Below, one piece after another: positions 9,196 to 19,413 of a DNA stretch of 64,000 nt (positions are counted from its first letter, which is position 1; each line of letters starts with the position of its first letter). Both the position numbers and the translations under genes were made by a program. This DNA is from Flavobacteriales bacterium (GTDB lineage: Bacteria; Bacteroidota; Bacteroidia; NS11-12g; UBA955): NCBI GenBank assembly GCA_947496375.1, contig CANMCY010000001.1, forward strand, positions 70,756 through 134,755, read 5' to 3'. Below the pieces are notes generated by a model. It did not search any database, had not been told where the DNA came from, and worked only from the letters and a program-made list of their open reading frames with translations.

Positions 9196-9750
9196 ATGAA
9201 AAAAATTCTCTCATTGCTGGCGGTTGCAACACTTTTTATCGGTGCTGCGAGCGCACAAAAAATTGCTTATCTCAACATGCAGACCGTGCTCGATACGCTT
9301 CCTGAAACTGACAGTGTTCGCGAACAACTGTACAAATATGCAGGTAAATTGCAGCAGGATCTTACCGAACTGGCCGGTGAAATTGATAAGGCAAAGGCCA
9401 ATTATGACGCCATTAGTGCAGACCCTGCCACTTCTCAGGTTCGTAAAGAACTGCTGGCCAAGCGCTATCAGACCCTGGTAGAAGAATACCAGCGCACTGA
9501 GCAGGACGCTCAAAAGCAGCTGATGGATAAAGAGAAAGAAAAAATGCAGCCAGTATATGACATGATTAAAAAGGCCTCCGGCGAAGTGGCCAAATCCAAA
9601 GGATATACGCTGGTGCTGAACAATACTGCCGGAATGGTGCTGTTTAACCTGAATGATGCTGATGATATCACAGCGGCTGTGATCAAGTACATGCTGGCAA
9701 AAAATCCTACCCCTAAGCCTGCTGCAGGTAAGCCAGCCGGTCAAAAATAA
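9196..9750 (+). CDS. skp: OmpH/Skp family periplasmic chaperone (second copy)
   Basis: Same features as the first copy; the tandem arrangement is conserved in Bacteroidota. Confidence 0.8.
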   Translation: MKKILSLLAVATLFIGAASAQKIAYLNMQTVLDTLPETDSVREQLYKYAGKLQQDLTELAGEIDKAKANYDAISADPATSQVRKELLAKRYQTLVEEYQRTEQDAQKQLMDKEKEKMQPVYDMIKKASGEVAKSKGYTLVLNNTAGMVLFNLNDADDITAAVIKYMLAKNPTPKPAAGKPAGQK

Positions 9751-9771
9751 AATTAATTGTAAAGAATATAA

Positions 9772-9804
9772 AAAGTCCTGATTACTGCATCAGGACTTTT
9801 TTAT
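9772..9804 (+). terminator. Rho-independent terminator after the skp pair
   Basis: Stem AGTCCTGAT/ATCAGGACT with loop TACTGC, then TTTTTTA. Confidence 0.8.
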
Positions 9805-9832
9805 TTGGGTTGCCGCACCTTGTTTTGCAGTT

Positions 9833-10663
9833 GTGGAGCTAAATGCAGCACCGATTGGCGTTTTTGATTCCGGATACGGTGGATTGACCGTACTGAAGGA
9901 ACTGGAAAAAGCGATGCCCGGGTATGATTATTTATACCTGGGTGATAATGCCCGTGCTCCTTACGGTACCCGCTCCTTCGATACCGTTTATGAATATACC
10001 CTTCAGGCCGTAAAATGGCTTTTTGATAAGGGATGTCCGTTGGTTATTCTGGCCTGTAATACCGCCTCAGCAAGAGCCCTGCGGAGTATTCAGCAAAATG
10101 ATCTGTCCGGTATGGACCCATCAAAACGGGTGCTTGGGGTTATCAGGCCCACTGCTGAAATAGCCGGTAAGTTCACAAACACCGGGAGTATTGGCATATT
10201 GGGAACTGAGGGAACGGTAACCTCTCATTCGTACATATTGGAACTGCAAAAATTCTTTCCTGAAGTAAAAGTTTACCAGGAAGCCTGTCCCATGTGGGTA
10301 CCGCTTGTGGAGAATCATGAGCACGATAAACCCGGTGCAGACTATTTTGTAAGGCAACATATAGATCGGTTGACGCAACAATGTGCCGATATTGATGCAA
10401 TATTCCTCGCCTGCACACATTACCCGCTGCTATTGGATAAAATCATGAGATACATACCGGAAGGTATGCAGGTTTTTTCCCAGGGAAGCATCGTTGCAGA
10501 CAGTTTGAAACAGTATTTAGAGCGTCACCCTGAAATTCAGTCGCGGCTTAGTACCGGTTCGAACTGCTATTTTACCACCACAGACCGGGCAGAAACTTTT
10601 GACAGGCAGGCAGCTGTTTTTTATGGGAAGTCAGTTGCGTCGCATCGCATAGAATTGCTGTAA
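9833..10663 (+). CDS. murI: Glutamate racemase
   Basis: IGVFDSGYGGLTVL...ACNTASA...ACTHYP hallmark motifs. GTG start according to the ORF track. Confidence 0.9.
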   Translation: MELNAAPIGVFDSGYGGLTVLKELEKAMPGYDYLYLGDNARAPYGTRSFDTVYEYTLQAVKWLFDKGCPLVILACNTASARALRSIQQNDLSGMDPSKRVLGVIRPTAEIAGKFTNTGSIGILGTEGTVTSHSYILELQKFFPEVKVYQEACPMWVPLVENHEHDKPGADYFVRQHIDRLTQQCADIDAIFLACTHYPLLLDKIMRYIPEGMQVFSQGSIVADSLKQYLERHPEIQSRLSTGSNCYFTTTDRAETFDRQAAVFYGKSVASHRIELL

Positions 10664-10671
10664 CAGCGGAT

Positions 10672-12486
10672 ATGCAGGATCTGTTAAAACAAAGGTTGAG
10701 AACTTTGCCCGAGAAACCCGGGGTTTATAAGTATTTCGACGAAAATGGCGTGATAATATATGTGGGCAAGGCACGTAACCTCAAAAAGCGTGTAAACAGT
10801 TATTTTACCAAGCAGCACGACAACCGAAAAACCGAGGTGCTAGTGAGAAAAATAGCCCATATAGATTTCACCGTAGTAGAAAATGAATGGGATGCTTTAT
10901 TGCTGGAAAATAGTCTGATTAAAGAATTTCAGCCACGGTACAACATCAACCTCAAAGATGATAAAAGCTATCCCTACATTCGGGTAACCAACGAACCCTT
11001 TCCCAAGATTTATGCCATGCGTAACCCTGTTCGGGATGGTTCGCTGTATTTCGGGCCGTATGCTTCCCCCAAGGTAATGCATACCGTGCTGGACCTGGCG
11101 CGAAAACTATATCCCACCAGGAATTGTAATCTTCAGATGACACCCGAAAAAATCGCGCAGGGCAAATTTTCCATCTGCCTGGAGTATCAGATAGGCAACT
11201 GTTTGGGACCCTGTGAGGGGAAACAGTCTGAGGATGACTACAATAACAGTATTCAACAAATAAAACTGCTATTGCGGGGTAATCTTAGCGAAATCAAAAA
11301 ACACCTTCGCACAGAGATGCAGCAAGCTGCTGAATCGCTTAGGTTTGAGGCGGCACAGGTATTTAAAGAAAAGCTGGATGCATTGGAAAACTACCGTCAT
11401 AAAAGCACGGTGGTAACTTCGCTCACCGGAAATGTGGCTGTGTTTAGTGTGTGCAGCACCGAAAAATATGCATTTGTTAATGTTCTTTATGTCGCGGAAG
11501 GAATCATTGTTCGCACCCATAACCTGGAAGTGAGAAAAAAGCTGGATGAAAACGATACGGATATCATGCATCAGGCCATCGCTGAAATGCACATTTTGTA
11601 TGCCGATGAGATACCGGATGAGTGGATTCTGCCATTTCCCCCGGGCCAGGACGAAAATCCGGTTATAAACTGGTCTGTTCCCAAGGCGGGTGACCGAAAA
11701 AAAATTCTGGATCTGAGCGTAAAGAATGCTATGCTATTCCGACAGGAAAAGCTCAATCAATATGAAAAATTGAACCCGGAGGTGCGCATAGACCGTTTAA
11801 TGGAACTAATGCGAAAAGACCTGCGTTTACAGGAGCAACCCCGCCACATGGAGTGTTTTGATAACAGTAATTTTCAGGGGAGCTATCCTGTTTCGGCCTG
11901 TGTGGTTTTTAGAGATGGTAAACCTGCGAAATCCGAGTACAGACATTTCAACGTTAGAACCGTGGAGGGACCTAATGATTTTGCCACCATGCAGGAGGTG
12001 ATAGAACGCCGCTACCGAAGGTTGCTCGAGGAGAACAAGGCATTGCCTCAGCTAATTATTATCGATGGAGGAAAGGGCCAATTGAGTGCAGCGGTGGAAG
12101 TGCTGAAAAAAATGGGCGTTTACGGCAGCGTGGCGGTCATTGGCATCGCTAAACGCCTGGAGGAACTTTATTATCCCGAGGATACCCTGCCACTGTACCT
12201 TGATAAAAAATCAGAAACCCTAAAGGTGATTCAGCAAATGCGCGATGAAGCCCACCGTTTTGGTATAACCCACCATCGCAACAGAAGGAGCAAAGGTCTG
12301 GTGAAATCAAACCTGACTGATATACCCGGAATAGGCCCTGAAACGGCCAGAATGTTGCTTAAAACCTTTAAATCTGCTGCCAAGGTAGGTGTGGCGGGTT
12401 TGGGAGAATTATCTGCCGTTATAGGCGAAAAAAAGGCATCTTTGGTGCATCGGCATTTTCACCCTGAAACCCATGCAAACGGATAA
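10672..12486 (+). CDS. uvrC: Excinuclease ABC subunit C
   Basis: GIY-YIG N-terminus (PGVYKYFD...IIYVGKA), UvrBC region, C-terminal HhH; 604 aa. Confidence 0.9.
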   Translation: MQDLLKQRLRTLPEKPGVYKYFDENGVIIYVGKARNLKKRVNSYFTKQHDNRKTEVLVRKIAHIDFTVVENEWDALLLENSLIKEFQPRYNINLKDDKSYPYIRVTNEPFPKIYAMRNPVRDGSLYFGPYASPKVMHTVLDLARKLYPTRNCNLQMTPEKIAQGKFSICLEYQIGNCLGPCEGKQSEDDYNNSIQQIKLLLRGNLSEIKKHLRTEMQQAAESLRFEAAQVFKEKLDALENYRHKSTVVTSLTGNVAVFSVCSTEKYAFVNVLYVAEGIIVRTHNLEVRKKLDENDTDIMHQAIAEMHILYADEIPDEWILPFPPGQDENPVINWSVPKAGDRKKILDLSVKNAMLFRQEKLNQYEKLNPEVRIDRLMELMRKDLRLQEQPRHMECFDNSNFQGSYPVSACVVFRDGKPAKSEYRHFNVRTVEGPNDFATMQEVIERRYRRLLEENKALPQLIIIDGGKGQLSAAVEVLKKMGVYGSVAVIGIAKRLEELYYPEDTLPLYLDKKSETLKVIQQMRDEAHRFGITHHRNRRSKGLVKSNLTDIPGIGPETARMLLKTFKSAAKVGVAGLGELSAVIGEKKASLVHRHFHPETHANG

Positions 12487-13690
12487 TCACCATACATTGC
12501 TGAAATTGCTGGCAGAGGCACGAAACCACCCTGTGGCCTGTATTTGCCTGTCAAATGGATTTGAAGATCCTTACGGGCAATATGACATCCTGGCAGGGTT
12601 TGGTGCAGTTGCAGAATATCACTCTCCGGAAGAACTGGATAAAAATGATGCACTGAAGCTGGGTTTTTGCAGCTATGACCTAAAAAACATAATAGAACCT
12701 TTAAACTCAGGGCATCCTCAGGCGGTATCGGTTCCGGATTGTTACTTTTTTGAACCTCAGCGGTACTTTAAGCTGAAACGTAACAGCAATAAAGCCGAAA
12801 CCAATATGCAGCTACCTGAGCCGGTGTCCTGCACTCAAACCCGGATCACGCCGGAATTTACCTGCAGCTCTCCTAAAGAACTTTATCTGAATAACGTGGA
12901 CAGCATAAAGGAGTGCATTAGAAACGGGGATTTTTATGAGATGAATTATTGCTTGCAGTTCGAGTGCAACACATGTCTTGATCCGTATTCGCTGTTCGCC
13001 GAATTGAACCAAACGGCTCCGGCTCCATTCGCTGTCTTTTTTAAGTATTTCGATAAATTTTTATTGTGCTCCAGCCCCGAACGGTTTCTCGCCAAAAGAA
13101 AGGATGCACTGACGGCTCAGCCCATCAAGGGAACACGAAAAAGGCATGCAGACGTAACGCAGGATTGGCAGGTTAAAACCGCATTATCAAACAGTGAAAA
13201 AGACCGTGCAGAGAATATTATGATCGTAGACCTGCTTAGAAATGATATGAGTCGTGTCTGCATGCCCGGTTCTGTGCAGGTTCCTGAATTATGTAAAGTA
13301 TATTCATTCAGCCATGTGCATCAGATGATCAGTACTGTTACCGGTCAGTTGCAGGCGAATAAAGGGTTTTCAGATATCATTAAGGCCACTTTTCCTATGG
13401 GTAGCATGACCGGAGCCCCGAAAATTCAGGTCATGAAAGATGTTGAACGGTTTGAAAATTTTAGCCGTGGCTGGTATTCAGGCAGCGTGGGTTACTGGGA
13501 AAACGGTGATTTTGATTTCAATGTAATCATTCGCTCAATTCAGATGGATACGGGCCGCGAGACCATGTATTATCATGTGGGCGGAGCTATCACCTCAGAC
13601 AGTGTTCCGGAAGATGAGTACAAGGAATGTATGGAAAAGGCCGCGGGGTTGTTGCAAACCCTAAAAAATCAGGCCGCTTCGAATTTATAG
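12473..13690 (+). CDS. pabB: Aminodeoxychorismate / anthranilate synthase component I family (chorismate-binding enzyme)
   Basis: Chorismate-binding C-terminal motifs (ENIMIVDLLRND...GSMTGAPK...GGAITSDS); overlaps the uvrC end by 14 nt. Confidence 0.65.
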   Translation: MQTDNHHTLLKLLAEARNHPVACICLSNGFEDPYGQYDILAGFGAVAEYHSPEELDKNDALKLGFCSYDLKNIIEPLNSGHPQAVSVPDCYFFEPQRYFKLKRNSNKAETNMQLPEPVSCTQTRITPEFTCSSPKELYLNNVDSIKECIRNGDFYEMNYCLQFECNTCLDPYSLFAELNQTAPAPFAVFFKYFDKFLLCSSPERFLAKRKDALTAQPIKGTRKRHADVTQDWQVKTALSNSEKDRAENIMIVDLLRNDMSRVCMPGSVQVPELCKVYSFSHVHQMISTVTGQLQANKGFSDIIKATFPMGSMTGAPKIQVMKDVERFENFSRGWYSGSVGYWENGDFDFNVIIRSIQMDTGRETMYYHVGGAITSDSVPEDEYKECMEKAAGLLQTLKNQAASNL

Positions 13691-14358
13691 CCAACGCCTT
13701 TTACCGTGTATATGTAACGTTCATCCAGTTTTTCCCGGATTTTACGCACATGCACATCGATGGTGCGGTCTACCACCAATACCTCATTTCCCCAAACATT
13801 TTCCAATATCTCATCACGACTGAAAACCCTGCCGGGACGGCTTGCCAAAAACGACAGCAATTCAAATTCTTTGCGTGGAAATTGAAGCGATTTGCCCATG
13901 AATTCTACCACGAAACGCTCTCTGTCTATTTTTAAATCTCCAAACTCCAGTGTCTCATGGGAGCTTGACTGGATTGCATTTCTGCGGCGGAGAATGGCCT
14001 TGAGTCTGGACATTAGCACGCGGGGACGTATGGGCTTGGATATATAATCATCTGCGCCTGCTTCGAATCCTGCCAGCTCAGCAAATTCTTCGCTTCTGGC
14101 AGTAAGAAACACGATGGGTATGTTTTTGGTGTCAGTATCTTCCTTTAATTGCCTGCATGCCTCCATTCCATCCATCACAGGCATCATCACGTCCATTAAT
14201 ATCAAATCCGGTTTGATTTTACGGGTTTGCTCAAGTGCCTGAAAGCCATTGGCGGCAATGTGTACCTCAAATCCTTCTTTGTTCAGGGCGTGCCTGATAA
14301 TCTCCAGAATGTCAAGCTCGTCATCAACAACGAGAATTTTTGGCATATTTTTTATCAT
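13669..14358 (-). CDS. OmpR-family two-component response regulator (receiver plus winged-helix); no cognate histidine kinase adjacent
   Basis: ILVVDDELDILE...DLILMDVMMP receiver motifs and a C-terminal wHTH (VDVHVRKIREKL). Confidence 0.85.
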   Translation of the reverse strand: MIKNMPKILVVDDELDILEIIRHALNKEGFEVHIAANGFQALEQTRKIKPDLILMDVMMPVMDGMEACRQLKEDTDTKNIPIVFLTARSEEFAELAGFEAGADDYISKPIRPRVLMSRLKAILRRRNAIQSSSHETLEFGDLKIDRERFVVEFMGKSLQFPRKEFELLSFLASRPGRVFSRDEILENVWGNEVLVVDRTIDVHVRKIREKLDERYIYTVKGVGYKFEAA

Positions 14359-14368
14359 AACAATTCAA

Positions 14369-14386
14369 AACAATGATGTGATTGTT
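14369..14386. promoter_or_regulatory. Inverted repeat AACAAT-N6-ATTGTT immediately upstream of the response-regulator start
   Basis: Perfect 6-bp arms seen directly, 11 nt upstream of the minus-strand ATG at 14358. Confidence 0.25.
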
Positions 14387-14435
14387 ATTGACCCGTGATG
14401 CAAATATTAAGGTATTGTTAATAGCGACTGATATC

Positions 14436-15656
14436 CTATTTTGCAAATACCTCTTGCAGTTTGGCGTAAAGGTTTTCACCCCTCAGCCCTTTGGCGATAA
14501 TTTTTCCATCTTTATCCAGCAAATAAGTGGCGGGAATGCTGCTTACCTGATACATCTTCGCCGGTGCACTTTGCCAGCCACCCAGATCACTCACATGCTT
14601 CCATGCAAGTGAATCGGCTGCAATCGCGCTTTTCCATCGTCCTGCGTCACTGTCAAGCGATACCCCGAAGATTTCAAATCCTTTGTCTTTAAAATCAGCA
14701 TACATTTTTCGGTTGAAAGGATTCTCTCTTCTGCAAGGTCCGCACCATGAAGCCCAGAAATCAATTAATACCACCTTGCCGCGCAAGCTGCTCAGGGCAA
14801 GTTCAGTTCCATCCGGTTGTTTAAGTTTGATATCGGGGGCAACTGCACCGATGGCAAGCAGTTTCTCTTTTTCATAGCGCGATGTCATTTCGGCCATGTA
14901 TTTGCTGCTGGGTGAAAATGCTTTTAGCGACAGGTATGCATGCTCCAGCAAGGGGAATTCAATTTCCTCCAGCATTTGGGTTGCAAGAACAAAGTAGGGT
15001 ACGGGTGACTTTTTCATGCCCAGAACGAGTTTTGTAATGTCTTTTTTTCGTTCACTTAACAATTGGTAATACTCTTTCTGCAGCTGCTGCCCGATGGCAT
15101 AATTTTCGGCGGTATTGGTCAAACCTCTCGCCCTGTTCTCAATGTTCTGAAGTTTGATTATGTAGGATGCATTTAAATCCACCAGCTGTTTCAGCTCAGA
15201 ACTGTTTTCAATGCCTTTGCCTGATAGGGCATAGCTTACATCAAGTCCGCTGCCCGAACATTCTACTTTCGCCTGGGTCTTGTTGTCTATAATCATGTAA
15301 ACCAGACTGTTCTCATCCCACTGCAACTGACAAATAATACTTTCCGTAACATTACCCGTGATGGTAAAATTGCCTGAGCCATCCGTGCGTGCACTATCAA
15401 TGAGCTGCTGCCCACCGGATGTTACCTCCAGTAACACTACCAGATTATTGGGCTTGTTTTTAATATTTCCTTGAATGGTAAATCCATCCTTAACTTTTTC
15501 CAGTGATCCTTCTCTACGGGTTAATAGTTCATTAATCCATAATTCAAATCGAGTAGAGGCGTTACCTGCTTTGGCGTTATTACAGGACGCTATAGTAGGT
15601 GATATTAGCACCAAAGCCAATATGCAGATAATGAGTTGGAGTCTGTTAAAAAGCAT
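14436..15656 (-). CDS. TlpA-like thiol-disulfide oxidoreductase (thioredoxin fold, AhpC/TSA/Redoxin) with an N-terminal DUF4369-like domain
   Basis: VVLIDFWASWCGPCRRENP CxxC active site; signal peptide. Confidence 0.8.
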   Translation of the reverse strand: MLFNRLQLIICILALVLISPTIASCNNAKAGNASTRFELWINELLTRREGSLEKVKDGFTIQGNIKNKPNNLVVLLEVTSGGQQLIDSARTDGSGNFTITGNVTESIICQLQWDENSLVYMIIDNKTQAKVECSGSGLDVSYALSGKGIENSSELKQLVDLNASYIIKLQNIENRARGLTNTAENYAIGQQLQKEYYQLLSERKKDITKLVLGMKKSPVPYFVLATQMLEEIEFPLLEHAYLSLKAFSPSSKYMAEMTSRYEKEKLLAIGAVAPDIKLKQPDGTELALSSLRGKVVLIDFWASWCGPCRRENPFNRKMYADFKDKGFEIFGVSLDSDAGRWKSAIAADSLAWKHVSDLGGWQSAPAKMYQVSSIPATYLLDKDGKIIAKGLRGENLYAKLQEVFAK

Positions 15657-15704
15657 TATAATCTAGATTAAGCAAATATCGTCCCAAACTTCAGAAAGGT
15701 CAAA

Positions 15705-16388
15705 TTATTTTTCTGTCTGGGGTTTGCGGATTTCTTCAAGCTCTTTGGGGTGGACCGAATTTTCAAGCCGATGTTGTCCAATTCGGGTGCGGCATAGTGC
15801 AGAAAGGTGCCCGCCGCTGCCCAGTGCCAACGCAAAATCATGGGCCAGCGAGCGAATATAAGTTCCCTTGCTGCAAACTACCCGAAAATGGATTTCGGGC
15901 AGGTCTATTCCGGTAATCTCAAATGATTTAATGGTGATTTCCCTGGGCTTCAACTCTGCGGAAACACCTTCTCTTGCCAGCTTGTAAGCCCTTTTTCCAT
16001 CTACTTTAATGGCAGAAAAAATAGGAGGTAATTGTGAAATTAAGCCGGTAAATAATGTGGTTTTTTCCCGTATCTGAGTAGCTGTAATATGGTCAAACGG
16101 GAAGAACTCGTTGGGCTCTGTTTCTAAATCATAACTGGGAGTGGTATTTCCCAGGGTTATAGTACCGGTATACTCTTTCTCCTGATTCTGTAGCTCTTCA
16201 ATCCTGCGGGTGCTGCCTTCGGTGCAAACCAGCAACAGGCCGGTTGCCAGCGGATCCAGTGTACCCGCATGTCCTACTCGCTTGGCTTTGGTAATCCACT
16301 TGATTTTTTTTACAACCTGAAAAGAGGTCCAGCCGTAGGGCTTATTGATGAGTAGAATTTCGCCCGGAGGCCTCGGTTCACTGCTCAC
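15705..16388 (-). CDS. truB: tRNA pseudouridine(55) synthase
   Basis: GHAGTLDPLATGLLLVC catalytic motif. Confidence 0.9.
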   Translation of the reverse strand: MSSEPRPPGEILLINKPYGWTSFQVVKKIKWITKAKRVGHAGTLDPLATGLLLVCTEGSTRRIEELQNQEKEYTGTITLGNTTPSYDLETEPNEFFPFDHITATQIREKTTLFTGLISQLPPIFSAIKVDGKRAYKLAREGVSAELKPREITIKSFEITGIDLPEIHFRVVCSKGTYIRSLAHDFALALGSGGHLSALCRTRIGQHRLENSVHPKELEEIRKPQTEK

Positions 16389-18253
16389 TGTATAATGATT
16401 TTTTGACTGCGAACAACCACATTGTCTGCGGTTAATTGTAAAAAATAAGTTCCTGCTGCAAGTTGCCCCGCGTCAATTTTTAGTTTGTGTATCCCCTCGC
16501 TTAATGGAAGGTTTAACTGGCTTTTTACGGTTTGTCCAAGCATGTTGACCATTTGGGCCTTGTACACGGCCGGTTTTCCCACTTTTACTTCAATAAACAG
16601 ACTTTCATTGGCCGGAACAGGGAAAATGCGCACATCCGAAACAGGTGCATTTAACAGGGGGTCTGAGAGGGTAATCCTAGAAATCCAGGCATTCATGGAA
16701 TTGTTTTTTCCGTAGGAACCCACGGTATAGAAAACCCCCGGCTCATTATATTTGGCCTGTATGCCCTCGTAGTCTCCCCATCTTTGCTCTCCTTTAGGCA
16801 AACCGGAGTAATTGATTAACGTGCCTCCCTGAACCAGTTTAACTTTTTGACTGTATTCTCCGAGTCGGTTTCTGTAAATCACAGCGGTTCCCGGATAGTG
16901 CCACGGACTGCTGTAAACAAAGGTGATTACGGTGCTGGGATCATCGGTGTTTTTACCGGCAGCAGCAATGGCAGGATAGCCCATATCCAGTGAATCATCG
17001 GTAATCATGCCGGCCTCAATCACGGGCTTATCGTCGATATGGAAAATGGTGTTGTGGGTTAGGTGGGCCTGCATGGTTTTAAAATTCATGGTGTTTTGCA
17101 GGTACTGAATTTGATTACCAATACGTACCGCACTTAAAACGCGGGCATCATTGGTTCTTAATTTGTATGACGTATCCGGTTGCAGTGCACTGGGCGGAAA
17201 TCCATACTTCATGGGTGAAACCAATACTTTCATACTCAGCTCGGCCTGTCCGCTCTGCTGGGTGTTATTGATGTGCAGTAGGAATACAGAATCATTAACT
17301 TTGTCTATGGGTTTCACACTGATGAAATAATTGTCATTCCCTTCAGGCATAGGACCATTTTGTATGGCGCAGATACTTCTCAGCGATTTTCCTTCATGTT
17401 TTATGTTGGAATAAAAATCCTTTCTAAGGGAATCGCCTTTGAAGCCGTCGGCTTTATTGAGCTGCCATATAATGGCTTCGGTAAAACCCTCTTCCCAGGA
17501 AGCCCCGTTCCCGATGAGGTTAACCGTAAAGAACATGTCATGGCTGTTTTGTGATACGATGGGGTAATCGCTCCAGATTAAGTCTTGGGTAGGTTTGCCC
17601 GGTATTTTGTAGACATTCCATGGCTGCAAGGGATCGCCACTTTGGCTAAAAGCAACTACGATGAAGCTTTTTGTATCTACTACACCATGCATAAATAATA
17701 TGATAAATCGGTCTGCGACAGGATCGTAGAGTACCCTTGGGTCATACACACGATCGAGTGCCGGAAAGGCATCAATTTTTTTCTGAACGTTTACAAATTG
17801 AATCAGCCCCCATTGTTTTTTGAAAGCGCCTTGTTCATCATAAACCCTGATAATGGTATTAAGTACGCTGATGACGGCGCCGCCATTGCTGACAGCAATA
17901 TGATTATCATTTGGGGTTCCGGATCCTGCAGTGCCATCCCATCCCTTGTTATCTGTCGGAGCTATGGAAGCCGGTGGGGTAGGGTTGCCCGTATAGTTAC
18001 CACGGCGGTGCATGTTGCGCTGGTTAAAACGGCTGCGTTCTGCATCCACGGCTCTTCTCAAGGATTCCTTCATTCCGGAAGGCAAGGGCATTTCATGGTC
18101 AGCTTGTACTTTGCTTAACCAAGCATCCTCAACATTAGAAGGGTCAAAAACCTGAAAAAGCGGAGTTTTGTGGTTACGGATGATTTCAAACCCCTGTCCC
18201 GTTGCAACGGTTGAAGTAAGAAATAAGCAAAAACCGAAGAAGAAATTTTTCAT
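16385..18253 (-). CDS. Secreted 622-aa protein with T9SS C-terminal sorting domain; function unknown
   Basis: Signal peptide; the C-terminal roughly 80 aa (IFPVPANESLFIE...GTYFLQLTADNVVVRSQKIIIQ) match the Por_Secre_tail pattern. Confidence 0.6.
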   Translation of the reverse strand: MKNFFFGFCLFLTSTVATGQGFEIIRNHKTPLFQVFDPSNVEDAWLSKVQADHEMPLPSGMKESLRRAVDAERSRFNQRNMHRRGNYTGNPTPPASIAPTDNKGWDGTAGSGTPNDNHIAVSNGGAVISVLNTIIRVYDEQGAFKKQWGLIQFVNVQKKIDAFPALDRVYDPRVLYDPVADRFIILFMHGVVDTKSFIVVAFSQSGDPLQPWNVYKIPGKPTQDLIWSDYPIVSQNSHDMFFTVNLIGNGASWEEGFTEAIIWQLNKADGFKGDSLRKDFYSNIKHEGKSLRSICAIQNGPMPEGNDNYFISVKPIDKVNDSVFLLHINNTQQSGQAELSMKVLVSPMKYGFPPSALQPDTSYKLRTNDARVLSAVRIGNQIQYLQNTMNFKTMQAHLTHNTIFHIDDKPVIEAGMITDDSLDMGYPAIAAAGKNTDDPSTVITFVYSSPWHYPGTAVIYRNRLGEYSQKVKLVQGGTLINYSGLPKGEQRWGDYEGIQAKYNEPGVFYTVGSYGKNNSMNAWISRITLSDPLLNAPVSDVRIFPVPANESLFIEVKVGKPAVYKAQMVNMLGQTVKSQLNLPLSEGIHKLKIDAGQLAAGTYFLQLTADNVVVRSQKIIIQ

Positions 18254-18287
18254 GTTTTATGCAAATTAAGCCAAAAATCAACCAAAC

Positions 18288-19322
18288 TCAACGGGTATTA
18301 ACCTCCATCTCAAGTTTTACCTGAAATTTTGTAAAAATATCCTCTACAATATCATGGGCCAAAGTCAGCACTTCCGTCCCGGTCGCATTCCCATAGTTCA
18401 CAAGCACCAGGGCCTGTTTTGCGTGCACGCCTGCATCGCCGCGGCGGTAACCCTTCCATCCGGCTTTCTCAATAAGCCATCCGGCTGCAATTTTCACCGT
18501 GCCGTCCGGTTGATCAAAGCGCTTGGCGTCCGGGTGGGCGGCGCTGAGTTTGTCGGCATCATCCTTACTTACCACAGGATTTTTAAAAAAACTTCCGCAA
18601 TTGCCCAGCTCCGCCGGATCGGGTAGTTTCGATTTTCTGATATGTATTACTGCCCTGCTTACATCGGCAATGCCCGGACGGGTAATGCCCCATTCTGCAA
18701 TGGTGGCCGCAATGTCTCCATATTTGACATTCACCTCTGGGTTTTTGTGAAGTCGTAAAGTAACATGGGTGATAAAATAACGTCCTTTGCCAGACTGTTT
18801 GAAAATACTATCCCGATAGCCAAATTCACATTCTTCGGCTGTTAGTTTTACCATCTGTCCATGCAACAAATCAAAGGCATCGAGTTCCTCAAAAACATCT
18901 TTCAGTTCCGCGCCATACGCCCCGATATTCTGAATGGGCGATGCCCCGATTGTACCGGGAATGAGACTCATGTTTTCCAATCCTCCCCAGTTGTGCTGTA
19001 CGGCATGCATAACCACATTGTGCCATATTTCGCCGCCACCGCAGCGCAGCCATACATGGTGTTCGGTTTCTTTTACAACCTCCTTGCCCGATAAGCGATT
19101 GTGTAATACAAGACCGGGATAATTGCTTTTAAACAGTATATTGCTACCACCACCCAATATCAACGGGCTGCTCAAACTCAAAAGGTTGGTTTTCCATACC
19201 TTTTTTAGAATATCTATGTCTGCCACAGGCAAAAACAACGATGCTTCTGCATCAAAACCAAACGTATTCAGCGCTTTTAAAGTTATGTGGCGTTGTAGCA
19301 TGTACTGCAAATTAACATGCAT
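18288..19322 (-). CDS. murB: UDP-N-acetylenolpyruvoylglucosamine reductase
   Basis: FAD-binding GGGSNILF motif and MurB C-terminal domain; 344 aa. Confidence 0.85.
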   Translation of the reverse strand: MHVNLQYMLQRHITLKALNTFGFDAEASLFLPVADIDILKKVWKTNLLSLSSPLILGGGSNILFKSNYPGLVLHNRLSGKEVVKETEHHVWLRCGGGEIWHNVVMHAVQHNWGGLENMSLIPGTIGASPIQNIGAYGAELKDVFEELDAFDLLHGQMVKLTAEECEFGYRDSIFKQSGKGRYFITHVTLRLHKNPEVNVKYGDIAATIAEWGITRPGIADVSRAVIHIRKSKLPDPAELGNCGSFFKNPVVSKDDADKLSAAHPDAKRFDQPDGTVKIAAGWLIEKAGWKGYRRGDAGVHAKQALVLVNYGNATGTEVLTLAHDIVEDIFTKFQVKLEMEVNTR

Positions 19323-19413
19323 CCATGACTGCGGGGCGTATTTTTTATCAACGCAGGTGGGAAATAATCTGATTTGTATCAGTTATTCCATGGAATTTTA
19401 AAAATATTGGTTA

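Noticed and set aside
9211-9744. 177-aa minus-strand ORF
   Set aside because: Antisense to the second skp gene, which has a signal peptide and the conserved tandem-ompH context.
13627-13935. 102-aa plus-strand ORF
   Set aside because: It overlaps the end of pabB and lies antisense to the response-regulator gene; no features.
19123-19401. 92-aa plus-strand ORF in the murB/crtZ region
   Set aside because: It mostly overlaps murB on the opposite strand; the region is better explained as a promoter/operator region containing the 10-bp inverted repeat.
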